The position numbers were made by a program, and so were the translations under genes. Shown here in pieces: positions 39,047-50,444 of a stretch of DNA of 64,000 nt; position 1 is the first letter of the stretch, and each line of letters starts with the position of its first letter. Location: positions 62,001-126,000 of the forward strand of contig CAIIXF020000001.1 of NCBI GenBank assembly GCA_903813345.2. The letters are read 5' to 3'. The notes beneath the pieces are model-generated. The model was given only the letters and a program-made list of their open reading frames with translations, was not told where the DNA came from and ran no database searches. This DNA is from Owenia fusiformis. Lineage: Eukaryota.

Positions 39047-40862
39047 GCCAATTGAGCCATACTACTACCAAATGCAATGCCAATTGAGCCATACCACTAC
39101 CAAATGCAATGCCAATTGAGCCATACCACTACCCAATGCAATGCCAATTGAGCCATACCACTACCAAATGCAATGCCAATTGAGCCATACCATTACCCAA
39201 TGCAATGCCAATTGAGCCATACCACTACCAAATGCAATGCCAATTGAGCCATACCACTACCCAATGCAATGCCAATTGAGCCATACCACTACCCAATGCA
39301 ATGCCAATTGAGCCATACCACTACCCAATGCAATGCCAATTGAGCCATACCACTACCCAATGCAATGCCAATTGAGCCATACCACTACCAAATGCAATGC
39401 CAATTGAGCCATACCATTACCCAATGCAATGCCAATTGAGCCATACCACTAACAAATGCAATGCCAATTGAGCCATACCACTACCCAATGCAATGCCAAT
39501 TGAGCCATACCACTACCAAATGCAATGCCAATTGAGCCATACACTACCCAATGCAATGCCAATTGAGCCATACCACTACCCAATGCAATGCCAATTGAGC
39601 CATACCACTACCCAATGCAATGCCAATTGAGCCATACCACTACCCAATGCAATGCAAACTAAACCATACCACTACCCAATACAATGCCAATTGAACCATA
39701 CCACTACCCAATGCAATGCCAATTCAACCATACCACTACCCAATACAATGCCAATTGAGCCATACACTACCCAATTCAATGTCAATTGATCCATACCACT
39801 ACCCAATTCAATGCCAATTGAGCCATACGCTACCCAATTCAATGTCAATTGATCCATACCACTACCCAATTCAATGCCAATTGAGCCATACGCTACCAAA
39901 TGTAATGCCAATTGAACCATACCACTACCCAATGCAATGCCAATTGAGCCATACCACTACCAAATGCAAAACCAAGTGGGCCATACCACTACTAAATGCA
40001 AAACCAAGTGAGCCATACCACTACCAAATGCAATGCCAGTTGAGCCATCCCACTACCCAATGCAATGCCAATTGAGCCATACCACTACCAAATGCAAAAC
40101 CAAGTGAGCCATACCACTACTAAATGCAAAACCAAGTGAGCCATACCACTACCAAATGCAATGCCAATTGAGCCATACCACTACCCAATGCAATGCCAAT
40201 TGAACCATACCACTACCCAATGCAATGCCAATTGAGCCATACCACTACCAAATGCGAAGCCAAGTGAGCCATAACACTACCCGATGCAATGCCAACTTAA
40301 CTATACCACTACCCAATGCAATGCCAATTGAGCCATACTACTACCCAATGCAATGCCAATTGAGCCATACCACTACCCAATACAATGCCAATTGAACCAT
40401 ACCACTACCAAATGTAATGCCAATTGAACCATACCACAACCCAATACAATGCAAATTGAGCCATACCACTACCAAATGCAATGCCAATTGAGCCATACCA
40501 CTACCCAATGCAATGCCAATTGAACCATACCACTACCCAATGCAATGCCAATTGAGCCATACCACTACCAAATGCGAAGCCAAGTGAGCCATAACACTAC
40601 CCGATGCAATGCCAACTTAACTATACCACTACCCAATGCAATGCAAATTGAGCCATACTACTACCCAATGCAATGCCAATTGAGCCATACCACTACCCAA
40701 TGCAATGCCAATTAAACTATACCACTACCCCATGCAATGCCAATTGAACCATACCACTACCCAATACAATGCCAGTTGAGCCATACCACTACCAAATGCA
40801 ATGCCAACCGAGTCATTCCACTACCCAATGCAATGCCAGCTCAACTATACCACTACCCAATG
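39047..40862 (+). repeat. 32-bp minisatellite, ~57 copies
   Basis: Unit gccaattgagccataccactacccaatgcaat, beginning 10 nt after the exon H donor. Confidence 0.97.
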
Positions 40863-41213
40863 TTGTAAATGCTTCACATATTGGTTGTTGTAAATATTTC
40901 AAATAATGCTTGTTGTAAATATTTCAAATATTGCTTGTTGTAAATGCTTCACATATTGGTTGTTGTAAATGTTTTACATATTTGTTGTTGTAAATGTATC
41001 AAATATTGATGGTTGCCAATGTTGTAAACATTGTACAATGAGCTCATACTGGTTGTTCTAAATGTTTTACATATTGGATGTTGGAAATGTTTCAAATATT
41101 GGTTGTTATAAATACTTCACATATTGGTTGTTGTAAATGTTTCACATATCGGTTGTTATCAATGTTGTAAACATTGTAGAATTTGCTCATACTGGTTGTT
41201 GTAAATGTTTCAG
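40860..41213 (+). repeat. Degenerate ~25-bp repeat ending in the exon I acceptor
   Basis: atattggttgttgtaaatgtttcac units; the last copy reads ...gtaaatgtttcag|. Confidence 0.8.
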
Positions 41214-41500
41214 AAACGTGTCCAGACTCCACCAGAGAATAGATCTGCTGATGCTCAGATTACAAGTTTCACCTCACGTCAAGAAATTCCATCGCAATAT
41301 TCTGATCGCCACACACCACGATCCATCTATCCAGATACACCTGCATTGCGCCAGTTGAGTGAATATGCACGGCCACACACTCTGAATGGAGCTGAGAGTC
41401 CACGTCAAGCACCATATGGAGGTCTGGGTCAGATTCCGCATGGCACTGATCCTTTGCTATTTCACAGAATGGCCATGTATCCACCTGGCTCGAGAGAAAG
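41214..41500 (+). CDS. RERE: RERE exon I (PDTPALRQLSEYARPH motif)
   Basis: tttcag|AAA...AG|gtaacc, 287 nt, phase 0-2. Contains the signature Atrophin motif DTPALRxLSEYARPH. Confidence 0.96.
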
Positions 41501-41774
41501 GTAACCAAGCTATTTGATTGTCTTTTTGACTGAATTGTTCCCTTTTTCGTGTTCTTGTATGTAATTTAAAAATGATTATATAACGGTCTATGATCTAGAA
41601 AAACATGTAAGGCCATGTCTAATATTGATGGGTTATAAATTCACCCCAGAGTAATTTATTTGGGGGATGAGGAAAAACCATTTCTGATCAGGCTCTTTGA
41701 TTTGTTTTCTATCATAATTAAAATTTTACAAAGTTTCCTAGCAAATTTGAAATTGAAGTAATGATATGTTTCAG

Positions 41775-41905
41775 ACTAGAATTGGAGCTAGAGAGAGATA
41801 AGAGAGAGAGAGATGCAAGAGAGAGGGAGATGAGGGAGAGAGAATTGCGGGAAATGGAAATGAAAGAAAAGATGCGTGCTGACATCGAACTAAGCAAGCA
41901 TCAAG
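41775..41905 (+). CDS. RERE: RERE exon J (Arg-Glu dipeptide repeats)
   Basis: tttcag|A...G|gtatgg, with an alternative in-frame donor at 41911|gtaagt; phase 2-1. Encodes RERDAREREMRERELRE. Confidence 0.92.
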
Positions 41906-42011
41906 GTATGGGTAAGTTCTGGAGTGATTATGGAGTGTCATTTCTGATGTTAGGAGCTGATTAACACCATTTATCCTATGCCAAGTAGAGTTTTAGGGAG
42001 ATAAGTTGGTA

Positions 42012-42500
42012 CCGGATTTTCTCGCATATAAGCCCTGGGCGTATAACTGAAAGAAGGGGTAATTTCGTCTGTTATTTTACCTCTTATTTTTCGCCCATGG
42101 GCGTATAAGTGTACTACTTTCGATTTTTGGCCCAGTGGGCGTAAAGGTGAGAAGAGCTGATGAATACAATGGTTCCTCAAAGACTACCGTACCTACTGTT
42201 GTAGTCCTACCGCATGTTTTGTAAGAATTATAAAGGAAATGTCACCTACAACCTTGGACTTAATGTTGAAACAAAGTAACAACACAACGATCCACCACTG
42301 CCACTTACGGCACAGCGTTGAACTTAATGTTGAAACAAAGTAACGCCAGAACGATCTGCCAGTGACAAAATACTCTTGAATTTATTGAAAAAATCAATAA
42401 ATAGTCATTTTTTATAGGCCCATGGGCGTATAAGCGTACTACATTCGATTTTTGGCCCACGGGCCTAAATTTAGGGGGGCGTATATGCGAGAAAATCCGG
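42012..42500. mobile_element. Tc1/pogo-type MITE
   Basis: TA|ccggattttctcgcatata ... tatatgcgagaaaatccgg|TA. Confidence 0.8.
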
Positions 42501-43353
42501 TAAGATATATCCCGTATCCTGATTTTGAGGTTTCCATATCCTGAACCTCCATATCTCCCACCATATCTCCCGCTCCAGGTCATATCTTCCCGCTTGGAAA
42601 AAAATTTGAAAAAATAAGAATTTTTTTTTAAAAATGTGAAAAAATTTTGAAAAAAGAAAAAATTGAAAAAAGAAAAAAATATAATTTTTTTCAAAAAAAT
42701 ATAATTTTTTTCAAAAAAATAGAAAAATGTGAAAAAATTGAAAAAATAAAAAAAAAATTAAAAAAAATTGAAAGAAAATTAGAAAACTCTACTTGGTATA
42801 TGATAAAGCAGTTATGTACGGTCGGTTTGGATATTGGGTTCATCCCTCGTGAGATGTGCACATCTACCTTCGGTCCCTACGGTCCCTCAGGTAGATATGC
42901 ATATCTCCCTCTGGATAAACCCCATATCCAAAACCTCCCAGTACATAACCCTTATGTATACACATGTAGGTCACAAAAGGTCAGGGTTATATTTGTTTGC
43001 ATAATCCCCAGAAAGGTCACAATGTGTCAAGGCTATATTTATTTGTTTATTGGCATAGTCATCAGAGAGGTCAAGATTGAATTTGTTATCATTTTCCCTT
43101 AAAACGTCATTAAATGAAAGGTTAAAGATATATTTATAGGGCACATTCAGCAGAAAAGTCATTAAGGTCAATGTTATATTTACAGGCACACTTGCCAGAA
43201 ATGCTAAATAAAAAGGAAAATATAACTATCATATTGAAATTGTTGAAAAATCTTCTGATAACTAGTGAATCTCTGCCATACATGAATTTATGTCATACAT
43301 GGTATGCAAGTCCAGTAAGTGCTCAATTGTAATTGAATATCTTGGGATTGTAG

Positions 43354-43548
43354 GTCTTGAAGGTCGCTTTCCACCTAATTCTCTTGAATTAGACTCTGCA
43401 AGAAGAGCAGAACTCCAACGCTTCTATGCTAGTCTTCCTGGGGGACTTCCCCCTGGTCCCCTTGGGTCACATATGCCAGGGGTATACCCTCCCAACAGTC
43501 TCGCTAGCGATCTTCTGCAGCGTGAGCGGGAACGGATGGAGCGACTAG
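43354..43548 (+). CDS. RERE: RERE exon K (GLEGRFPP...LQRERERMERL)
   Basis: tgtag|GT...G|gtactg (or 43554|gtatgt), phase 1-1, open frame. Confidence 0.88.
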
Positions 43549-43684
43549 GTACTGGTATGTTACATTTAGCAATACTTAATAGTAATTAATTTAAAGTGTG
43601 AAGCTAAATGTTTTGCTTTAAGACCAAATAGATTCTCATAATAATTCTCACTACAGGGGGTTTATATATGGGTGTATGTTGTAG

Positions 43685-44071
43685 GTATTCCAGTAGGTAT
43701 CCCTCCTGGTGCCTTACACCCTACCCAGCTGGCGATGTACGAGAATGCCCTCGTAGCTGAGAGATTATCTGCCGAGCGTTTACACATGGAGAGGATGGCA
43801 CTCTCTACTGACCCCATGGCTCGACTTCAACTCGCTGGCTTGGCCCCTCCCCCCTCTTCAGCTCTAGGGGTAGGTGGTCCGCCTCCACCACCTGGCTCAG
43901 CCCACACACACTCTCATACACATTCTCATACACACCTACATGTCCACCAGCCAGAGAATGAGACTCCTCCAGCAGCCCCAGGAATGCCGCCACCAGGGGT
44001 GCACCCTCTAGATATGCCTTGGCTCCTTGGGGGTGGCCCAGCCCCGCCTCACCGCCCTGGATTTATGCCAG
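43685..44071 (+). CDS. RERE: RERE exon L (AERLSAERL...DPMARLQL...HTHSHTHSHTHLHVHQ)
   Basis: gttgtag|GT (alternative acceptor at 43697)...G|gtaagc, phase 1-1. Conserved Atrophin DP.ARLQ motif and His-rich H.HSHLHLHQ-like motif. Confidence 0.93.
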
Positions 44072-44120
44072 GTAAGCAGCTGTGTATGCTCAATCGTAAC
44101 ACTGATGTTTTTAATTGCAG

Positions 44121-44282
44121 ATGTGGTGAACAATGACCCAGGATGTTCTATGACGGTCTACCAAACCATCATGTACCAATATTCTGCGCACGAACGTCTA
44201 GCGCATTTACAAAGACAAAATCAATTGATCGCTTCCAAATATGGGATGATAAATCCTTCACATTTGGCGTATCAATTTTCCA
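44121..44282 (+). CDS. RERE: Putative cassette exon of RERE (DVVNNDP...YQYSAHERLAHLQRQ...HLAYQFS)
   Basis: ttttaattgcag|AT...A|gtaagt, 162 nt, phase 1-1, open in the required frame; preceded by only a 49-nt intron. Confidence 0.6.
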
Positions 44283-44689
44283 GTAAGTTGCAGGGTCTCT
44301 GAACTTGTAATCCCCGCAACCAATATATTCACTATGTTGCCAGACAGTTCTTGCTCATATTTATTGAAACATGTATGGTTTGGCTCTGCAATCATCCATC
44401 ATGAAATTTGTTTCAGCAAATATGCGGCAAGCCATTATTTTAGAATGTATTTTTATTTCATTAGGCTTGTTATATATGCAGTGTTCTCAATATTATTTTA
44501 TAACTCAAGGCAGTGTTGTCATTATGAATTAGGTAGGCCAGAGTCAATTTTTGTCCAATGTCCTAGCCAGTTATGAAAGGGAAATAATCGCCATTTATGT
44601 TCCCAAAATAGTCTATCCATATTCTTGAGGGATTTCTCTAGCATCTCAGGAAATTCTTGGAAAATTCTCGAAAGCTGAGATACACCCCC

Positions 44690-45200
44690 AAATAGCCTGA
44701 CAACGGTTAAGTCAGATACTGTTGTCACAAATGGCGGACATAACCATCGCTTCAATTAGATTTTCATGAACTATGTTCAATAGAGCACCTATACTAAATT
44801 CCTTTGGAACAACAATCAATCAAAGTGTCTTAATACTCATTGTACAGTTAATAATGTTGTACCATTGAAATAAAGTCTTTTATTTAACCGATCAAAATGA
44901 GATACGGGACAATGGACACTGTAATTATTACCATATACCGTTGTCTTTCTAAATTACTCAAATTCAGATTCCGTTGTCATTGACGACAATGAAGACTCTA
45001 TATTGGCGATTCATGACCCAATTTGATCGAAAATGGGATTTTATTTGATACATTATCACAAGATCGAGCTTAATGCATGCACACAATTAGCGACGATAAA
45101 ATCCCATGAAATGAGGACCAAGTGATTAAACAGTTGAAGTGACGGTTATGTCTGCCATTTGTGACAACGGTATCCGACTTTACCATAGTGAGGCAATTCC
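44690..45200. mobile_element. Degenerate inverted-repeat element (MITE-like)
   Basis: gttgtcacaaatggcggacataacc (~44721) vs ggttatgtctgccatttgtgacaac (~45144). Confidence 0.5.
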
Positions 45201-45934
45201 GGTGTGAGATACATTACTTCTGTCTAAAACTTTTTACTAAGTTATTATCATTATGTGCCATATTGTCATAGTCTCCAACGTTTTTCGTGGACTGTGCTAG
45301 GCATTCGGGGTTCAGCATTTGGTTATCCGCTTTCTGCGGTCGTTGTCTGTAACAAATAACAGTAAACAGGTGGTGAGATTTCGCATGTTAATTCCTTGCT
45401 TAATTAACCTTTTTGATGTTGTACTTTACAAAATTATATAAAGGGTATTATCTTTGTATTGACAAAATTACACTTGGCCTAATTTGAATCACACATGAAT
45501 CTGCATTTTGTATTGTACACAAGATCTTCATTGTACATAGAAGAACATACAATATATCAATATTTAGGAGTGATTTTTTGTTTCATGGGTTGCTATAGAA
45601 TTGATCATTTTTGAGGTCATTTAATGAGCCAGGAATTTTTAATAATTGTGATCCTCAAGGCAGAACTCTTTAAATGTAGCCAATCAGTCTCTGGAAATGC
45701 AGGTCCATTTGCTATTTAATGTAGTATTTTCACTTTTTAAATTTTTTTTTCATTTGCACAGTTTACAGCATTGGTTTTGATATAAATGTGTGCATACGCC
45801 TCCATAATAATATACATTATGCGATAATGCTATAACGGAATTTTCACCACATCAGTGTTCTTAAAAGAGAGCTCCATTGTCATGATAAAATGTTTTTATG
45901 GAACAATGTATTTATCTTGTTTTTCATATTTCAG

Positions 45935-46113
45935 GGGCAGATCCACTAGCATCAGGTGGAGCCAGTAGTACACCAGCCCCAGGGACTGCCCACCCCTTGC
46001 CTGCAGGCCCCCATGGTCCCTCCACTCACCAAATCATGGCAGCTCGGGAGCAGGAGCTCCTACAGAGGGATTTACTAGCCAGGGCTCAAGGAGACCCACA
46101 ACTCGCCTATCAG
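45935..46113 (+). CDS. RERE: RERE exon M (GADPLASGG...REQELLQRDLL...QLAYQ)
   Basis: atttcag|GG...CAG|gtaaag, 179 nt, phase 1-0. Confidence 0.9.
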
Positions 46114-46343
46114 GTAAAGACATGTTAATAGCCTATTATGCCCAAACATAATTCTCATCTAAATATATTCTAAAATTTCTCTTAATTCACTATGATATTT
46201 AACTTACAATAAGTAGACATCTTACCTGGTCAGCAGTATGAAAAGTTCCAAAATATAATTGCCAAAATAATACTACTATGCAAACTAAAAAAATGCTTGC
46301 TCATTATTGATTTTAATGATGAACAATTTGTTTCAAGCTACGC

Positions 46344-47750
46344 AGAATGAGGTTTATGTCCAGGTCTGTTACACAAAATGAGGTTTATGTCCAGGTCTGT
46401 TACACAAAATGAGGTTTATGTCCAGGTCTGTTACACAAAATGAGGTTTATGTCCAGGTCTGTTACACAAAATGAGGTTTATGTCCAGGTCTGTTACACAA
46501 AATGAGGTTTATGTCAAGGTCTGTTACACAAAATGAGGTTTATGTCCAGGTCTGTTACACAAAATGAGGTTTATGTCCAGGTATGTTACACAAAATGAGG
46601 TTTATGTCCAGGTCTGTTACACAAAATGAGGTTTATGTCCAGGTCTGTTACACAAAATGAGGTTTATGTCCAGGTCTGTTACACAAAATGAGGTTTATGT
46701 CCAGGTCTGTTACACAAAATGAGGTTTATGTCCAGGTCTGTTACACAAAATGAGGTTTATGTCAAGGTCTGTTACACAAAATGAGGTTTATGTCCAGGTC
46801 TGTTACACAAAATGAGGTTTATGTCCAGGTCTGTTACACAAAATGAGGTTTATGTCCAGGTCTGTTACACAAAAGGAGGTTTATGTCCAGGTCTGTTACA
46901 CAGAATGAGGTTTATGTCCAGGTCTGTTACACAAAAGGAGGTTTATGTCCAGGTCTGTTACACAGAATGAGGTTTATGTCCAGGTTTGTTACATAAAACG
47001 AGGTTTATGTCCAGGTCTGTTACACAGAATGAGGTTTATGTCCAGGTCTGTTACACAAAATGAGGTTTATGTCCAGGTCTGTTACACAAAATGAGGTTTA
47101 TGTCCAGGTCTGTTACACAAAATGAGGTTAATGTCCAGGTCTGTTACACAGAATGAGGTTTATGTCCAGGTCTGTTACATAAAACGAGGTTTATGTCCAG
47201 GTCTGTTACACAGAATGAGGTTTATGTCCAGGTCTGTTACACAAAATTAGGTTTATGTCCAGGTCTGGTACACAAAATGAGGTTTATGTCCAGGTCTGTT
47301 ATACAAAAGGAGGTTTATGTCCAGGTCTGTTACACAGAATGAGGTTTATGTCCAGGTCTGTTACACAAAATGAGGTTTATGTCCAGGTCTGTTACACAAA
47401 ATGAGGTTTATGTCCAGGTCTGTTACATAAAACGAGGTTTATGTCCAGGTCTGTTACACAAAATGAGGTTTATGTCCAGGTCTGTTACACAAAATGAGGT
47501 TTATGTCCAGGTCTGTTACATAAAATGAGGTTTATGTCCAGGTCTGTTACACAAAATGAGGTTTATGTCCAGGTCTGTTACACAAAATGAGGTTTATGTC
47601 CAGGTCTGTTGCACAGAATGAGGTTTATGTCAAGGTATGTTACACAAAATGAGGTTTATGTCCAGGTCTGTTGCACAGAATGAGGTTTATGTCAAGGTAT
47701 GTTACACAAAATAAGGTTTATGTCCAGGTCTGTTACACAAAATGAGGTTT
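46344..47750 (+). repeat. 31-bp minisatellite, ~45 copies
   Basis: Unit aggtttatgtccaggtctgttacacaaaatg. Confidence 0.97.
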
Positions 47751-47893
47751 ATTATGTAAACTTGGTATTTTTCTCTTATTCATTGATTTTGCACTTGAAA
47801 TTCATATAGGATGATTTCCAAAAGTTAAACCATAGACATTGACCAGTGAAAGAATAAGATTGAATTATGCAAAAGTCTTATTTTTTGTTCCAG

Positions 47894-47980
47894 TTGTCTG
47901 CGCAAGCTCACCATGAAGCCATTCAGAGACAGCTAGCTATAGAGAGGGAACGCTTGGGTGCAGGACACTTGCCTCATTGA
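47894..47980 (+). CDS. RERE: RERE terminal coding exon N (LSAQAHHEAIQRQLAIERERLGAGHLPH*)
   Basis: ttttttgttccag|TTG, phase 0, TGA at 47978-47980. Resembles the Atrophin C-terminus. Confidence 0.88.
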   Translation: MSAQAHHEAIQRQLAIERERLGAGHLPH

Positions 47981-48269
47981 AGGTGTCAATGACACATAAT
48001 AGATGTCATTGCACTGGCTGGTGTCATAACACATATTATAGAGACAGCATGACATTCCACATATAATTCAACCTTGTGGCAGTCATTTAGCAAACTATTT
48101 TGCAGCATAATATAAGCATATTATAAATATACACTTAATAAGTGTACATACATACATCTACATGGACCAATACAATAGAAGAGATACCACCAAAGTTTAG
48201 CAAGTGATAGATGATTATGCCATTTATATGTGATTGGATGGTGATCTGTATCTCCTACAATAATAGACG

Positions 48270-49350
48270 AACATAAATTTACACTAGTGTGCAGATGAAC
48301 ATGCATTAACACTGGTGTACTAAAGATGAACATGGTTTTACACTAGTGTATTACAGATGAACATGCATTTACACTGGTGTACTAAAGATGAACATGGTTT
48401 TACACTAGTGTATTACAGATGAACATGCATTTACACTGATGTACATCAGATGAACATGGATTTACACTAATGTATTACAGATGAACATGCATTTACACGG
48501 GTGTGCATCAGTTGAACATGCATTTACACTGGTGTACTACAGATGAACATGCATTTACACTGGTGTACTAAAGATGAACATGGTTTTACACTAGTGTATT
48601 ACAGATGAACATGCATTTACACTGATGTACATCAGATGAACATGGATTTACACTAATGTATTACAGATGAACATGCATTTACACGGGTGTGCATCAGTTG
48701 AACATGCATTTACACTGGTGTACTACAGATGAACATGCATTTACACTAGTGTATTACAGATGAACATGCATTTACACTGGTGTGCATCAGATGAACATGC
48801 ATTTACACTGGTGTACTGCAGATGAATATGCATTTACCCTGGCTGACTATTGAGGAACATTTATTTACACCATTGTACTACAGATGAACATACATGTACA
48901 CTGGTGTGCTACAGATGAACATGCATTTACACTGGTGTACTATAGATGAACATGTATTTACAACAGTGTAGTACAGATGAACATACATGTACACTGGTGT
49001 GCTACAGATGAACATGCATTTACACTGGTGTACTATAGATGAAGATGTTTTTACACCAGTGTTCTATAGATGAACATGCATTTGCACTGGTGTACTACAG
49101 ATGAACATGTATTAGCAACAGTGAACTACAAATGAACATCCATTTACACTGGTGTACTACAGATGAACATATATTTACACTTGTGCACTTTAGATGAACA
49201 TGCATTTACACCAGTATACTACAGATGAACATGTATTTACAACAGTGTAGTACAAATGAACATGCATTTACACTGGTGTACTACAGATGAACATTTATTT
49301 ACACGTGTGTACTATAGGTGAACATGTATTTACACCAGTGTACTACAGCA
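48270..49350 (+). repeat. ~31-bp degenerate minisatellite in the probable 3' UTR
   Basis: Unit cagatgaacatgcatttacactggtgtacta, ~34 copies. Confidence 0.9.
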
Positions 49351-49848
49351 TATGACACCTCATACATCAGCATACATTGTGACCTCATCATTGAATATAT
49401 TGATATCAAGGAATATTGCCAACCAGGATTCATTCCTGATCTTCATTTGGCAGGTACAGTGTTGACCAATTTGGTAATATTATTCCCTCAACTAAATCCA
49501 GGAACAAAATTTCATTCATTTTTATTTCAAATTCTTTGTTCTTATATCTCTTTAAAGGTAGAATCAATTGTCTCTAAAATTGTCTCAATTTCAGATTAAT
49601 TAGGTATTATTAATTTCTAGGTTTTAACATTCTGGAATAATAGACATAAATAACGTTGTTCATTTGTAAATATTTCAAGCTGCCTATTATAGATTCTACC
49701 TTTAGATGCATGTTTATAATGAGATGTGCTAAATGGGAAATACCCTCCACTAAATGGGAAAACCCCGTCAAAAAACGCACTGTACACCTCATTATGGTGT
49801 CTAAATATCTAACAATCCGGGGTGTGCCAATCAACTGAAACTTTCATA

Positions 49849-49859
49849 AAATAAATAAA
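49849..49859 (+). promoter_or_regulatory. Candidate polyadenylation signal for RERE
   Basis: Overlapping AATAAA motifs (aaaataaataaac). Use is unverified. Confidence 0.3.
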
Positions 49860-49921
49860 CAATTGTATACATAAGTTAATACAGTATTTATTACATGTAT
49901 AAGTATTATCTTGCTTTATTT

Positions 49922-50220
49922 TGTCACCACCAAAAGTGGTGACATATTGTTATAGTCTCCAACTTTTCTCTGGATGGTGTTCGGTGGCTGGCATTTGGCG
50001 GTTGGCAACTTCAAATAACGTTTAGACTGATTTCAGTTTTTTACTGTCAACATATATAAACTTGACTTCAACACATTTCTACCAATATATGTTACCATGG
50101 CAACATGTTGAAGGTCAAAAAGGTCATTTTTCAACTTGCTTCAAATTGACCATTTTTTCAAAAATCATCTACAAAATCTCAGAATATCAAATCTTAGTTT
50201 AGATTTGAGATTTGTCCTTT
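49922..50220 (+). mobile_element. Truncated copy of the HINE at 3512-6066
   Basis: tgtcaccaccaaaagtggtgacatattgttat start plus one degenerate satellite unit. Confidence 0.7.
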
Positions 50221-50444
50221 GGTTGACCTTCATCTGCAACAATTGACACACTTTTGTAACCATTTGTCATGTGTAATCACACAAATGGATTTTCTTTTTG
50301 AAACTACATTGTATCAGATTATGAAATCATACAATATAATTCTACCCATTGACTTTTACTCCGGTCAAGACAATGATTTAAATCATCTTTGGGCACATTA
50401 CATCGAGCTAATAATGATTCAAATATGGAAACATTCATAGTCTA

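Noticed and set aside
42305-43102. ORFs 42305..42694 and 42647..43102
   Set aside because: Low-complexity A/T-rich transposon sequence with no protein motifs.
46344-47750. Productive microexon array in the 31-bp repeat
   Set aside because: The unit is not a multiple of 3, the GT..AG spacer is 12 nt, and the GTCTGT/GTTTAT donors are weak.
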